From the NCBI RefSeq assembly GCF_009914755.1, contig NC_060929.1: 64,000 bases of DNA. One strand, 5' to 3'. Positions 1 through 11,365 of this stretch are shown piece after piece. The position numbers were made by a program, and so were the translations under genes. This DNA comes from the human T2T-CHM13v2.0 reference genome, Homo sapiens. Each line of letters starts with the position of its first letter. Within the stretch, counting starts at the first letter, position 1. The notes beneath the pieces are model-generated. The model did not search any database. It was not told the origin of the DNA and saw only the letters and a list, made by a program, of their open reading frames with translations.

Positions 1-374
1 CCCTACCATTCAGCATGTTTTGTTGTTCTTCAGTTCTTATTAATTCTTGGGTCAAACTTTTATATCCTTTGTAACTACAATAATTATAAACTAGAGTGCC
101 AATTTTCTTGATAACTCTAGATAAAGAGGCATTTAGAAAATGTGTCCAGCAAGAAAGAAGTATTCCATTCTGGAGTAACCGTATATGTTCCATGTGAGTT
201 TGAGAACCTGCCTGGAGCCAGGCAACATCAGAATATATTCTCTACCTCTAACTGGAAAATTTAAGCACCCCTATCTCCATGTGGAGGTTGATAAGTAATT
301 GTTGTCTATCTATCCATTCATTGATTAATTTTCCAATGTTGGGTCACTGTTTGTTGTTTTTCTTTCATGTGCAC

Positions 375-1053
375 TTTTTTAAAAATTATACTTTAAGTTC
401 TAGGGTACATGTGCACAACGTGCAGGTTTGTCACATATGTATACATGTGCCATGTTGCTGTGCTGCACCCATTAACTCGTCATTTACATTAGGTATATCT
501 CCTAATGCTATCCCTCCCCCAGCCCCTCACCCCACAACAGGCCATGGTGTGTGATGTTCCCCTTCCTGTGTCCAAGTGTTCTCATTGTTCAATTCCCACC
601 TATCAGTGAGAACATGCGGTGTTTGTTTTTTTGTCCTTGCTATAGTTTGCTGAGAATGATGGTTTCCAGCTTTATCCATGTCCCTACAAAGGACATGAAC
701 TCATCTTTTTTATGGCTGCATAGTATTCCATGGTGTATATGTGCCACATTTTCTTAATCCAGTCTATCATTGATGGACATTTGGGTTGGTTCCAAGTCTT
801 TGCTATTGTGAATAGTGCCCTAATAAACATGCGTGTGCATGTGTCTTTATAGCAGCATGATTTATAATCCTTTGGGTATATAACCAATAATGGGATGGTT
901 CGGTCAAATGGTATTTCTAGTTCTAGATGCTTGAGGAATCGCCACACTGTCTTCCACAATGGTTGAACTAGTTTACAGTCCCACCAACAGTGTAAAAGTG
1001 TTCCTATTTCTCCACATCCTCTCTAGCACCTGTTGTTTCCTGACTTTTTAATG
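375..1053 (-). mobile_element. 5'-truncated L1PA (primate LINE-1) 3' end: ORF2 C-terminus plus 3'UTR
   Basis: ttatactttaagttctagggtacatgtgcacaacgtgcagg is the reverse complement of the L1PA 3'UTR end. ORF 684-959(-) matches the ORF2p C-terminus (WKTVWRFLK.LELEIPFD...YPKDYKSCCYKDTCTRMF). Confidence 0.95.
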
Positions 1054-1579
1054 AGCTCTTTTCTATGATACGCTCCTCTTAATGTGAAACACTATTTAGG
1101 AAAATTTTCATTTTTCATGGTCTCTGAATTGTATCTAAGAAATATGGTATCTAAGAAGTATTACTTTTGAGAAATTAAAACTTAAATTTAGTGAAAAGTT
1201 TGTGTATGTTTGAAACTATGTAAAGGAAATAAAACACAATAGCCTGGGTAATGTCCAATCTGGTATGATAACATGAATTAATCAATTTATGTCTGTATAA
1301 TTCATCCAAAGACACAAGATACTTCCTTATTTTTATGAATGTATTATGAAACTTCTATTTGTGTTTTTCTGCTTAAGAATACAAATAAAACATTGTGGTT
1401 ACCACAAATCTGTATAAGATCTATGAGGAAAGCTTAGACTAACAAATATTTTCATGGAATGCATAACAAGGGGCTTGGATAGTGCTATAAAACACAATCT
1501 TAGATTCTGTTTTTTATTAAAATACTACTTGATACAGAAAGAAAACCACATCTGAAAATTAATAATAAAAACCAATAGG

Positions 1580-1675
1580 AATGATGGGGAGTGACTCTTT
1601 AATGGGTAAAGAGCTTCTGTTTGGGATAATGGAAAAGTTCGAGAAATGGATAGTGGTGATGATTACATGACAAAA
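1580..1675 (+). mobile_element. Old L1 (L1MB-like) 3'UTR fragment; a probable continuation lies at about 2325-2382
   Basis: tttaatgggta.agagcttctgtttgggat.atggaaaagttc..gaaatggatagtggtgatg and aaaatggtaaaaatgatatattttatgtta..tatgttttatgacaaaaaataaaa resemble recalled L1MB termini. Confidence 0.6.
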
Positions 1676-1788
1676 TAAAGAGAAAAAAAGAGAGGCATAT
1701 TTACGGTACAGATATGTAAATATATTCAATATATATTAAGTAAATAAGAGAGAACTTGAGGAACAAGTTTGAAGAGTTAGGATCCATT

Positions 1789-2158
1789 TGTCTTAGTCCA
1801 TTCATGCTTCAATATAACAAAATATCTTAGAAGGGATACTTTATAAAGAACAGGCATTTATTTGTCATGGTTCTGGAGGCTGGGAAGTCCACAATCAAGA
1901 CATCAGCAGATTCAGTGCCTGGAGAGGTCTGTTCTCTGCTTCCAAGATGGTGCCTTGTTGCTGTTTACTGTGTCCTCAGATAATTGAAGAGCAAAAAGGC
2001 CAGGCAGCTCTCTGAAGCCTCTTTTATAAGGGTGTTAATGCCATTTACAAGAGCTCATGACTTAATCACTTCCCAAAAGGCTCCCTCTTAATACCAACAA
2101 AATGGGAATTAAGCTTCAACATGAATTTTGGAGGGACACAAACATTCAAACAGTAGCA
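1789..2158 (-). mobile_element. MLT1A-type MaLR solo LTR with 5-bp TSD CCATT
   Basis: TG...CA ends (tgtcttagtcc ... caaacagtagca) and internal ttctggaggctgggaagtcc. CCATT lies at 1784-1788 and 2159-2163. Confidence 0.85.
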
Positions 2159-3379
2159 CCATTAGTCTCTGTATATTCTATGGATATCCAGCATATGTCT
2201 AGAAAACATTCTGGAATAATTTAAGTTACATAGGAGATTTGGTTATGGAGGTACTCAGGTTCAAAACTGCAGAGTTCTGGGTTACTAAATATGTTTATAA
2301 TAAATGGACACATTTTTCATCAGAAGAAAATGGTAAAAATGATATATTTTATGTTACGTATGTTTTATGACAAAAAATAAAAACTAGAGCACATAAGACT
2401 TCATGGCCATGACACCTAATAAGACTCCTAATAAGAATTCTTTGTACATTTTGTGCCTTTGTTAGACCTGTAGTTCCCATTACACACTATAGAAAAAGTA
2501 GTATTCTATTTTTGTGGCAAAGAACTATAAGGAAATCGTTTTATTATTTACAAGATGGGAAACTTTCTGGAACCACGAGATAAGACATCCCGTTGCTTGC
2601 TCAAAGTGAGATTAATTACCTTCCTTCATGTAAAACTAGAAAATATTAAATGTTATTTCCTCTTCCAGAGAAAATGGCACAGTCAAGATTAGTGTGCTGT
2701 GAGCACAGTGATAATTAGCATCTATCTTCAGGTACCCTGAATCATACAGAGTTTTCCATTGAAGGAGAGTTGTTATGATATTGCAAAGCTCTTTTGAAGG
2801 CAACAAAACTAGATTTCCTGTTCAATTTCTTAAAGTTAATTTATGTAAGAATCTCAATAATAATTATAGGATTAGCAAGTGCAATCATGAAGAACATAGC
2901 TTGTTAAGGTATATTAAGGTGTATAAGCCTCATAAAATAAGATACTTTTGAAAATAATTTAATATTTTTGTAAAAATCATTCTGAGAAGTTCTTTGAACC
3001 AGCAGAAACCTATCCTACGATATAAGATAGGAAAACAACTTCAGATAAGTTTCTTCCCAAAACGTAGATTCTAGGGTCTCTCTCTTCTATCATTATGGAT
3101 ACATCAGGGCCAAGTGAATTTTTTACTTTCTACTACATCCTCTCTATATAGATAAATTACAAACTACAAAGCAATGGCCATCAGAAATTTGAAACAAATA
3201 AAGTAAAAAAGCTCACTTAAAGCTCTCATTCATGTAAAGTTAGTATTTTTGTCATAATGATTCTTTCCCATATGACAATCCCTCGTCCCTTACTCCTCAC
3301 ATGGTCAGCTCCATTTCATCCATCAGGGCTAGGTCCGATGTTACCTTGCTAAAGAGACATTTTCCAGATTCATCACCTG

Positions 3380-4170
3380 CCTATAATCCTCTCACATCTA
3401 TTCCATCAATCCAGCAAGTCCTGCCACTTCTCCTGCCTGCATAAATCCCAGACCTTCCCACTCCTTGCTATATCCAAGCCATCTCTCAAGCCCAGACCAT
3501 CACATCTTCCTGGGATCTCTTATCCAATTCCCCTGCTTCCATTCTTGTCCTAACTGGACCTACACCCCACACCACAGCCAACATGGTCTTTTCAAAACTA
3601 AAAACAAATCATATTATTTCCCTGCTTATACCTTTCCAATGGCTCCCCATTGAAATGTAAACTAATCAGACAAGGAGATGCCTCCTGATCTGGCCTGTCT
3701 TCCTATTTGAGCTTCAATCCTACTGTCCAGCCATTGTCCTCCGCACTGACTCTGTTCCTACATCACTGACTTTGAATTGCTAGAGCAAGTTAGCCTCTTC
3801 CCATCTCAGCGGCTGTGTACTTTCTCTTTTCTCTGATAATAAAACATCTTCCTTCAGATGTTTTTGCATTCTTGTCTCAGCATAAGTGACACTTCACCAG
3901 AAAGGACTTCTCCAACTAACCCTTCTAGGAGAATAGAGTAACTCTCTTCCCTCCACATGTTATTCCCTATCCAATTACTTTGTTTTATCTTGTTTAGAGC
4001 ACTTATCATCATCTGCAAGCATCTTATGCCCTTGTATGTTTTAGTATTTACTACCTGTGTACACTGTAAGCTGCATGAAGACAGAGACTTGTCATGTTTA
4101 ATATGGTACCCTCAGTACCTAGAAAAGAGCCTGACAAATAGAAGGTACTGGATTTGATGACTGAATGAAT
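3380..4170 (+). mobile_element. L2 LINE 3' fragment
   Basis: Shows L2-like ccaatggctcccca and ctgtaagct.catgaagacagagac, and a degenerate 3' end cagtacctagaaaagagcctgaca.atag...tgactgaatgaat. Confidence 0.7.
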
Positions 4171-5161
4171 TAATATATGAATTAACTGGATAACTCTCAT
4201 TATTCTCTAAATTCTTCATTCCTTTTCTTCATAACACCATATTATATCATGTTTATACACACACAGATATACCTGCTTATTTGCTTCTTTTAAATTTTTG
4301 ACTTACTTATTAATTGATTTTTGGTCTGTCTCCTCCTTAACCTGTATTCTACATGAAGACAGTGGTCATATCTGTATTATCCGTATTTCAAATTTTGGAA
4401 ATACTTTGGTGTCTGAAATATTATTAGCACTAAATAACACCTGATGAATTAATGAATCTGATAAACTATTCAAACAAGAAGAATCAACAGGTGTGCCTTA
4501 GAAAGTACATTTCCCTTTCTGAATTTTATCTCAGATGAAATAATGATGAAATCATGAAATTACGAAATGATGAATACACCCAATTCTTCACTGATGCACT
4601 TAAGCAATTGTTATGATTAAATGGGGGACTTTATTGTAATGTTAGGAAAGGAAAATTTGGAAAAATATAACTACTACACTACAGTAGAGAAAACTTTGGA
4701 TCTTGTTTTTCTTATCTCTAAAATGTGAATTAATTGAGATTAAAATGATCTCTATATAGGAGGTTTGTCATAACGTTTGTTTGTAAAGTGTTATTGAGTA
4801 AAAATAATTAACTACTATTAGAGATGAAGAAAATGAGTCTCTAAGAGACTATAAAACTTGTTGTGGTCATGCAGTTATGAAGATGCAGAGCTGGGATTTA
4901 ACATTTTTCAGTGTGATGCTATCGTCTATGCATTTTCTACTATACCAATTGATTAAAGTACATTTTAAAAAATGCAATGGGCATGTATTCAGAATTCTGG
5001 TAATTTGTTATAGATTACTAATTTGCATGTTTTATTGCTACCACCTCCTCTTTTAAATTAGTGTAACTTTTTAAACTAAGGCTTCTGAAAATAAATGATT
5101 ATAATTTTAAAACATGGTACATAATTTCAAAATCTACACCTAGATTTAAATTCCATGAGGA

Positions 5162-5482
5162 GGCTGGGCACGATGGCTCATGCCTGTAATCCCAGAATTT
5201 TGGGAGGCCGAGGCGGACGAATCACCTGAGGTCAAGAGTTTCAGACCAGCCTGGCAACATGTTGAAATCCCATCTCTACTAAAACTACAAAAATTAGCCA
5301 GGCATGGTGGCACACGCCTGTAGTCCTGCTACTCGGGAGGCTGAGGCAGGAGAATCGCTTGAACTCAGGAGGCAGAGGTTGCGGTGAGCTGAGGAGACAG
5401 AGGTTGCAGTGAGCTGAGATCGTGCTCACCACTGCACTCCAGCAAGGGTGACAGAGACAGATTCTGTTTCAAAAAAAAAAAA
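5162..5482 (+). mobile_element. AluS with internal 25-bp tandem duplication
   Basis: Full dimer ggctgggcacgatggctcatgcctgtaatccc ... poly(A), with degenerate TSD aaattccatgagga / aaatccatgaaga. Confidence 0.95.
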
Positions 5483-7928
5483 ATCCATGAAGAAATATGA
5501 AAACTATTAACTTTAATTAATCAAAAATAACTTGGGTTATTTCCAGATAATATAAAATGTTTGTTTTTTCCACAATATTTTAATAGTAAAATACAAAAGA
5601 ATCACAGATTCTCTTGCCTTGTTTGTATACCAAGTTAGTAATTCCACATCCTCTGCTCCACAAAAAACAAAACAAACAAAAACAACCTTATACAACATCT
5701 GAGAAACAGGTAAGAAGTTGCTACCAAAACTCCTGAAATTGATTATATTTATTTATATTCTAAAACAGTAAAATGTTCTGTATCCTAGAAAAAGTTTTAT
5801 AATTAATTTTTGCCACAAATTCTCTATCTACTAAATAGGGAGAATAACTCATCAAAGAGTTTGCTGGGGGAATTCTAATGATCAAAGCTTAACAGCCACC
5901 GTATATACTCATGTTTCCTTTACATCCCCGTGCAGTATTTGGTGTTTAGTAAAGCTGCTTACAATGCCAAGTACATTTCCTTTCAAGTAGATAAAAGCCT
6001 TGTGATAGATGAATGTAATAAGATACTAAAAACACCCACAGATATCTAAATGATGTCTATATTACATCCAATATAGTCACAGAAAATCTTTGGAATAATG
6101 TGAGATCTATGGTATTTCATATTATTTCAAAGTTCATACTATTTTAAATTAATAAAACTCATGAAAATCAATTTTCTAAAGTATAACTTCACTGTTTATA
6201 TGGCCAAAAGCACATAAACAGCACTGCAGAACATAAATTTTTAAGTGAAGATTTATTTATATTTCAATATATTGCTCACTTAACATTCTTGTTTACTAAA
6301 CACAGGTGATCAAACAGGGAAGAATTTAATTAAACTGTTCATCAAATGTTTGATCTTTCTCAAATAAACTTGTTTTTACGGATGGAAAAAAATCTTAGAA
6401 TAATAAATCTAGCTCTCAGTGAGGTCTTCCTTGGATGTTATGGACTAATTTTGGAGGTTGGAAGAAAAATGCAAAGGCTGATCTGCAAAGCACTTCTGAG
6501 AATTTTAAGTTCATCATTTATCTATGGATTTCTCCAAAGCACATTTGTTTGGGAAATAAGAATGCTGCTTTGTATCTTTGTGACTCTGCTAGTTAGAGGT
6601 ATAAATGTGGAATCTAATTTAATCTCTTTGGATCTCAGTTTTCTTATCTCTACAATGTGAATTAATTGAGATTAAAATCATAATGAGGATCATAAATAGA
6701 AAAGTCTTCCTTTTTTCCAGAACTGGAGACTTCAAAAAATTAAACAGACAACTTTTAAACTAAGAAAATATTTGTGTCAATATTGTCTACATAGCATTAA
6801 TTATCTGGATGGTAATTTAGCAATTTAAAATGTCGATATATGCTAACACTAGTTAGTCCTGTGCACACTCAGAATACTGACTGTTTTCTTTATTCTGATT
6901 CTTTAGCTGTTGTGTGAATTTAGCTTCCAGTTAATATCTAAAACTGGGTTGAGAATGGGACTATTTTATATTATTTTTATAAAACATGGGGACCTAATAT
7001 CCCTTATTGCTAGATTTTTTACATTGCTCATAGGAGGGATTACCACTGTAACTGCATAAAGAGCACTTATTAATTTATGAAAGTTGAGAAGGTAGTCATT
7101 CGATTTTTTTTAATTAAAAAAAGGAAATTGATTTGTAAATTTAATTTCTTAAATTTGTGTTTTCATATAACTTCCTGGGGCTTGCAAGAGTTGAAAGCTA
7201 TAATATTACTGCCAAGAAGCCAGGAAGAATGAGTCATCTAGTCAGGAAATAAAGGCAATTAAGGCTTTTAACCTTTCACCCCTTAAAGACATTTTAACAT
7301 ATTTCAATATGATCAAATCTATTGTGAATTTTCTGAAAATCTATTGTAAAGTTTCTTGATACTTTAAACAATATTTACCGTATTTGCAAGGTATGTTTCA
7401 GTGGTTATTAAAAATCCCATTTGTCTTTAAATACTTTAAAAACTGGGTGAAAAATCGGAGGAATTAAATAGTGAATGCAATTAAATATAAAATGTAAGTT
7501 TCGGTGAATTGGCAAATAAAATTCCACAATTACCACATTCTACTTGAGTGCCATGTGTCTGTTTGGGAATAATCGCATTCTTGGCTGGACACAGCCGTTG
7601 TGTGACTCAGAGCCTCATTTCCTCTTACAGCACATGGGACCCAATCCTCTGGATTCTCCAGGACCAGCTTAGCTCTACAATCCTCCTGCCAGATACCACT
7701 AAAACAGAAGGAGCTCTCATTGTAATAAAAATACATTTTATGAATTGACCACATTTTAGTGGAGCTGGACAGGAGTCCTTCAACCAGAGTCTTATCTAAA
7801 TCAATTGAAAGCTATATGTCATGGTCCTCCATTGTATTGTGCCACAGCAGTGGGGACATTTCAGTTGCTGAATATTATACTTATTGTACTTACCATTTTT
7901 CTGTTCCTCCTTCTTGCTTGCTTATAGA

Positions 7929-8229
7929 TTTTTTTTTTTTTTTTTGGACAGGGCCTTGCTGTGTCTCCCATGCTGGAGTTCAGTGGTGTGATCAGAGCTC
8001 ACTGCAGCCTCAACCTCCCCAGCTCAAGTGATCCTCCCACCTCAGACTCCTGAGTAGCTGGGAGTATAGGTGCGAGCCATCATGTTCATCTAATTTATTT
8101 TTCACTTTTTCTAGAGACAAGGTCTCCCTCTGTTGCCCAGGCTAGTTGTGAACTCCCTGGTTCAAGCAATCCTCCTGCCTTGAACTCCCAAAGTGCAGGG
8201 ATTACAGGCATGAGCCAGAGCTCCCAGCC
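7929..8229 (-). mobile_element. AluJ
   Basis: Poly(T) is followed by gacagggccttgct...gctcactgcagcctcaacctcc..agctcaagtgatcctcccacctcag (J-type diagnostics). Confidence 0.9.
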
Positions 8230-9473
8230 AACCTTTTCTCTTTCTCTTCTGTCCTTTCTGCGCATCTACTTTTAGCAGCTCTGCATCTACTTATACTGTG
8301 TTGCTTTTCTACAAAGTTCAAAGGTGGAGCTTAGTTCAGGGGCTCATTATTACTAGCAATCTGAGCTCCAAATATGCAAGTTATTTCTGTAAATAACTAA
8401 AAAATTGTTCAGTGCTCTAATCAGCTCATCATTTGGAAATAAAATTTAAAAATCTTCTCACGTTAAAATAAAATTCAGTATTTTATATTCTCATTGGAAG
8501 AAAAACTTGAGTCTATTTACATCCTTTAATAGAAATCTTGAATTCTCTCTAAATATCACTTAATAACACTCTCATGCTAAAATTTACGATCATTTTTATT
8601 ATACATGCCAATCTAAATATTTTAATAGAGGCTTTTCCAAAATTGCTAAAGTAACTTTTAAATTTTTAGTTCATTAATTCTAGTAATAACTTCAGTAAGT
8701 GGGAGACAGCAAGAAATCTTTTAAAACAAATATACTATTGTAAGATAATTTCACTTGGCAAAGCTTAAGCAATGAATATGGAATATAATCATTTATGTTA
8801 TATTATAATCTGAATATATGTTTTGATCCTTTAAGTAAAATACTGGTATAGTCAGAAAAAAAGTTGAAAATATTTTGTCCCAAAGTGGTTTATAGTTGTC
8901 TCATATATATATCAAAAGTTTTTAATTTGTATTTTAAGTTCACAGTATCAATATATTCTGTTCAAAATGTATGAGTTACTTCATATATTCTTCAGAGAGA
9001 AACATTTTGACTTCAGAAAGTAAACTATAATATCTTACTCTCATATTATTGTTTCATACTATTTATGATACAAATAATATAATTATGTTTTATACAAATT
9101 TCCTTTTCTTAAGAATGGCAGAGAAAAATCCACGTTAGTGATTCACAATAAATGATCAGATTACAATTGAAAATTCAGGGGAAAACTATTGGTAAATAAA
9201 TATTTTACATACTGAATTTTTTTTAATAACAGTGATATCTTTGTTAATAAAGAGGATACATTTAACTAATGTTTTACTTAGGGGCACTTCATTACTCCTG
9301 GTAAATAAGACACGGTGTATAAGATGCATTCTAGATAATGCATTCCAACATTTCTAACAGATGGCTTAAGAGAAGATAGCAATTTCGCCCTACATTTTAT
9401 TATTTTGCCACTTCTTACCCTGTATATCTCCACATTCTCTGTCATCTATCAACTTACAGCACCAGGCCATATA

Positions 9474-9793
9474 CAGTAGTCCTCACTTATTAGTGGGACA
9501 TATGTTCCAAGACTCCCAGGGATGCCTAAAACTGCAGATAGCACCAAACCCTATACATATACTATGTTTTATTCTTATGCATACATACCTATGATAAAGT
9601 ATGATTTATAAATTAGGCACAGTAAGAGACGCACAATAACTAATAATAAAATAGAACAATTATAACAATATACTGTGATAAAAGCTATGTGAATGTTTAT
9701 TCGTGCAACTTTCCATTTGATATTTTTGGACCATGATTTACCACAGGTAACCGAAACTGAAAACAAAAATATGGATAAGAGGAGGGCTATGGT
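9474..9793 (-). mobile_element. MER44A-like non-autonomous TcMar-Tigger DNA transposon
   Basis: Left end is TA + cagtagtcctcacttat. Right part ttccatttgatatttttggacc...ggtaaccgaaac...ggataagaggagggcta matches the recalled MER44 terminus. Confidence 0.75.
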
Positions 9794-10034
9794 GACTCAA
9801 AGTCTCAGTGGTTCTCCATTGCCTACCAAACCAAATACAGACGATTTTAGGCCTTACAGCTACTATTGTTTTTCAAGTACTCCACTGCCCATTCAAAATA
9901 TATGAACTTCCTAAGAAATTCCAAGCATCTTCCTAGCTCTTCATCTTTGTTCTTGTATCTGTGGCACAGGCCACTATTTTCCCACCTAAATCTCTTCTCT
10001 GCTTGTTCCCTATGGATAGAGTTGTTGAGTGGTC

Positions 10035-10570
10035 ACAGTTCTGCTTAGTTAGAAAAAATTTCTCAGCCTCCTTGAGTAGAAATATATTAATAATTAAGTT
10101 CTCATCAATAAACCATGAGAAGAAGTAATATGCCTGTCCCGCTGTGTTCTCTTCCTCTTGTCATGAGCTGGAAGACAAACATGTCTCCTGCACAGCTTCA
10201 AACATGCAGACAAGAACAATACCCTAGGGTGGTGCTGGTCTCTGGACCGGTAGCAGCAGCAGCATCTGAGATCTTGTTGGAAACACAAATTCTCAAGCCC
10301 CACTGCAAATTTAATGAAGCAGAAACTCAGGAAATGTGGCCCACAAATCAGTGTTTTAACAAGCTTTTCAGGTGACTATGAGGCACACTAAAGTTTGGAA
10401 AGCATTGTCCTAGGTGATAGTGGAGGAACAACTTGGACGAACCTATATTCACAAATGGCCATTTGGAGCAGTGTCATCCCACTTACCCCTCTCATTTCAC
10501 AAAGTTTATTTGTGAAATCATATAGTTCTTTAAGTTATTGAATTGTTGAGTCTCTGTCTTACAGAAGTTT
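10035..10570. mobile_element. Old MaLR (MLT1J/K/L-like) LTR remnant interrupted by MER5A
   Basis: tttctcagcctccttg...aagttct..tcaat...tgagaagaagt motifs; the sequence resumes after the MER5A at cctaggtgatagtggag. Confidence 0.45.
10229..10407 (+). mobile_element. MER5A (hAT-Charlie MITE)
   Basis: ggacc..agcagcagcagcatc.gagatcttgtt.gaaa..caaattctca.gcccca...gttttaacaagc...caggtga...gcacactaaagtttg..aagcattg, with cctagg on both flanks (TSD remnant). Confidence 0.85.
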
Positions 10571-10739
10571 AGTATTTGTCCTAATAGTATTTTTCAATAT
10601 ATAATGGCTATTTAGTATTCCCACCCTGTTTAATATGTCCACCCGCTAAAATGGAAATCTCACCTAGGTCTCTGCAAGTTTGCACTGGAAAACTGTGTAA
10701 CGCCAAAGAAGACCAGGCCAGTTTTGCCTTCCTTTAATC

Positions 10740-11365
10740 TATTATACACACTGTTGATTAACATTTTTTAAAAATGGCAAATCTAATCTCATCACTCTTC
10801 CATTTCAAATTGCTACTAGACTCTCAAGGCATTTAGGCTACAAGATAGCATGGTTGCCTAGGCCTATAAGGTGTCACCTAAACTGATCCCTATCAGCCTC
10901 TCCAGTCTTATCTAGAGTCATTTCACCTTTCTCTCTGTTCTAGCTACACTTTCTATCTGTCTGTTCATGAACTGTGGTAAGCTTCTTCATACCTCAGTTT
11001 TTTCTCATGAAGTTCACTTTCATGTCTTACTTCTCATCTTTCAGGTCTCTTCTCAAATATAATATAATTTCTTCTTCTCTCCCCCCATTTCACCCTACAG
11101 TATTCCATATGAATCAAGTAAAAAATCTTAAAATCTCTTATCTCGCCTGTACATTTCCACTCATAGCATTAATTTCCTAAAAAAATAATGTAGTGCTTTC
11201 TATGAATCATTCTATTAGGTGATATATCCTCCTAACCCCACCCACTATATTACAAGAAGCTTGATGAGAGGAGGTACCATGTCTACTTGCTCACTATGTG
11301 CCTAGCATCTGGTAGTAGGCCTGACACATGGTTAGCATTCTGCAGGAATGCATGGAGTGCAGGAA
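10740..11365 (+). mobile_element. L2 LINE fragment
   Basis: Degenerate L2 3' region ending tgtgcctagcatctggtagtaggcctgacacatggttagcattctgcaggaatgcatg. Confidence 0.55.

Noticed and set aside
279-959. ORFs 279-554, 551-757 and 684-959
   Set aside because: They are sense or antisense frames of a truncated L1 3' end.
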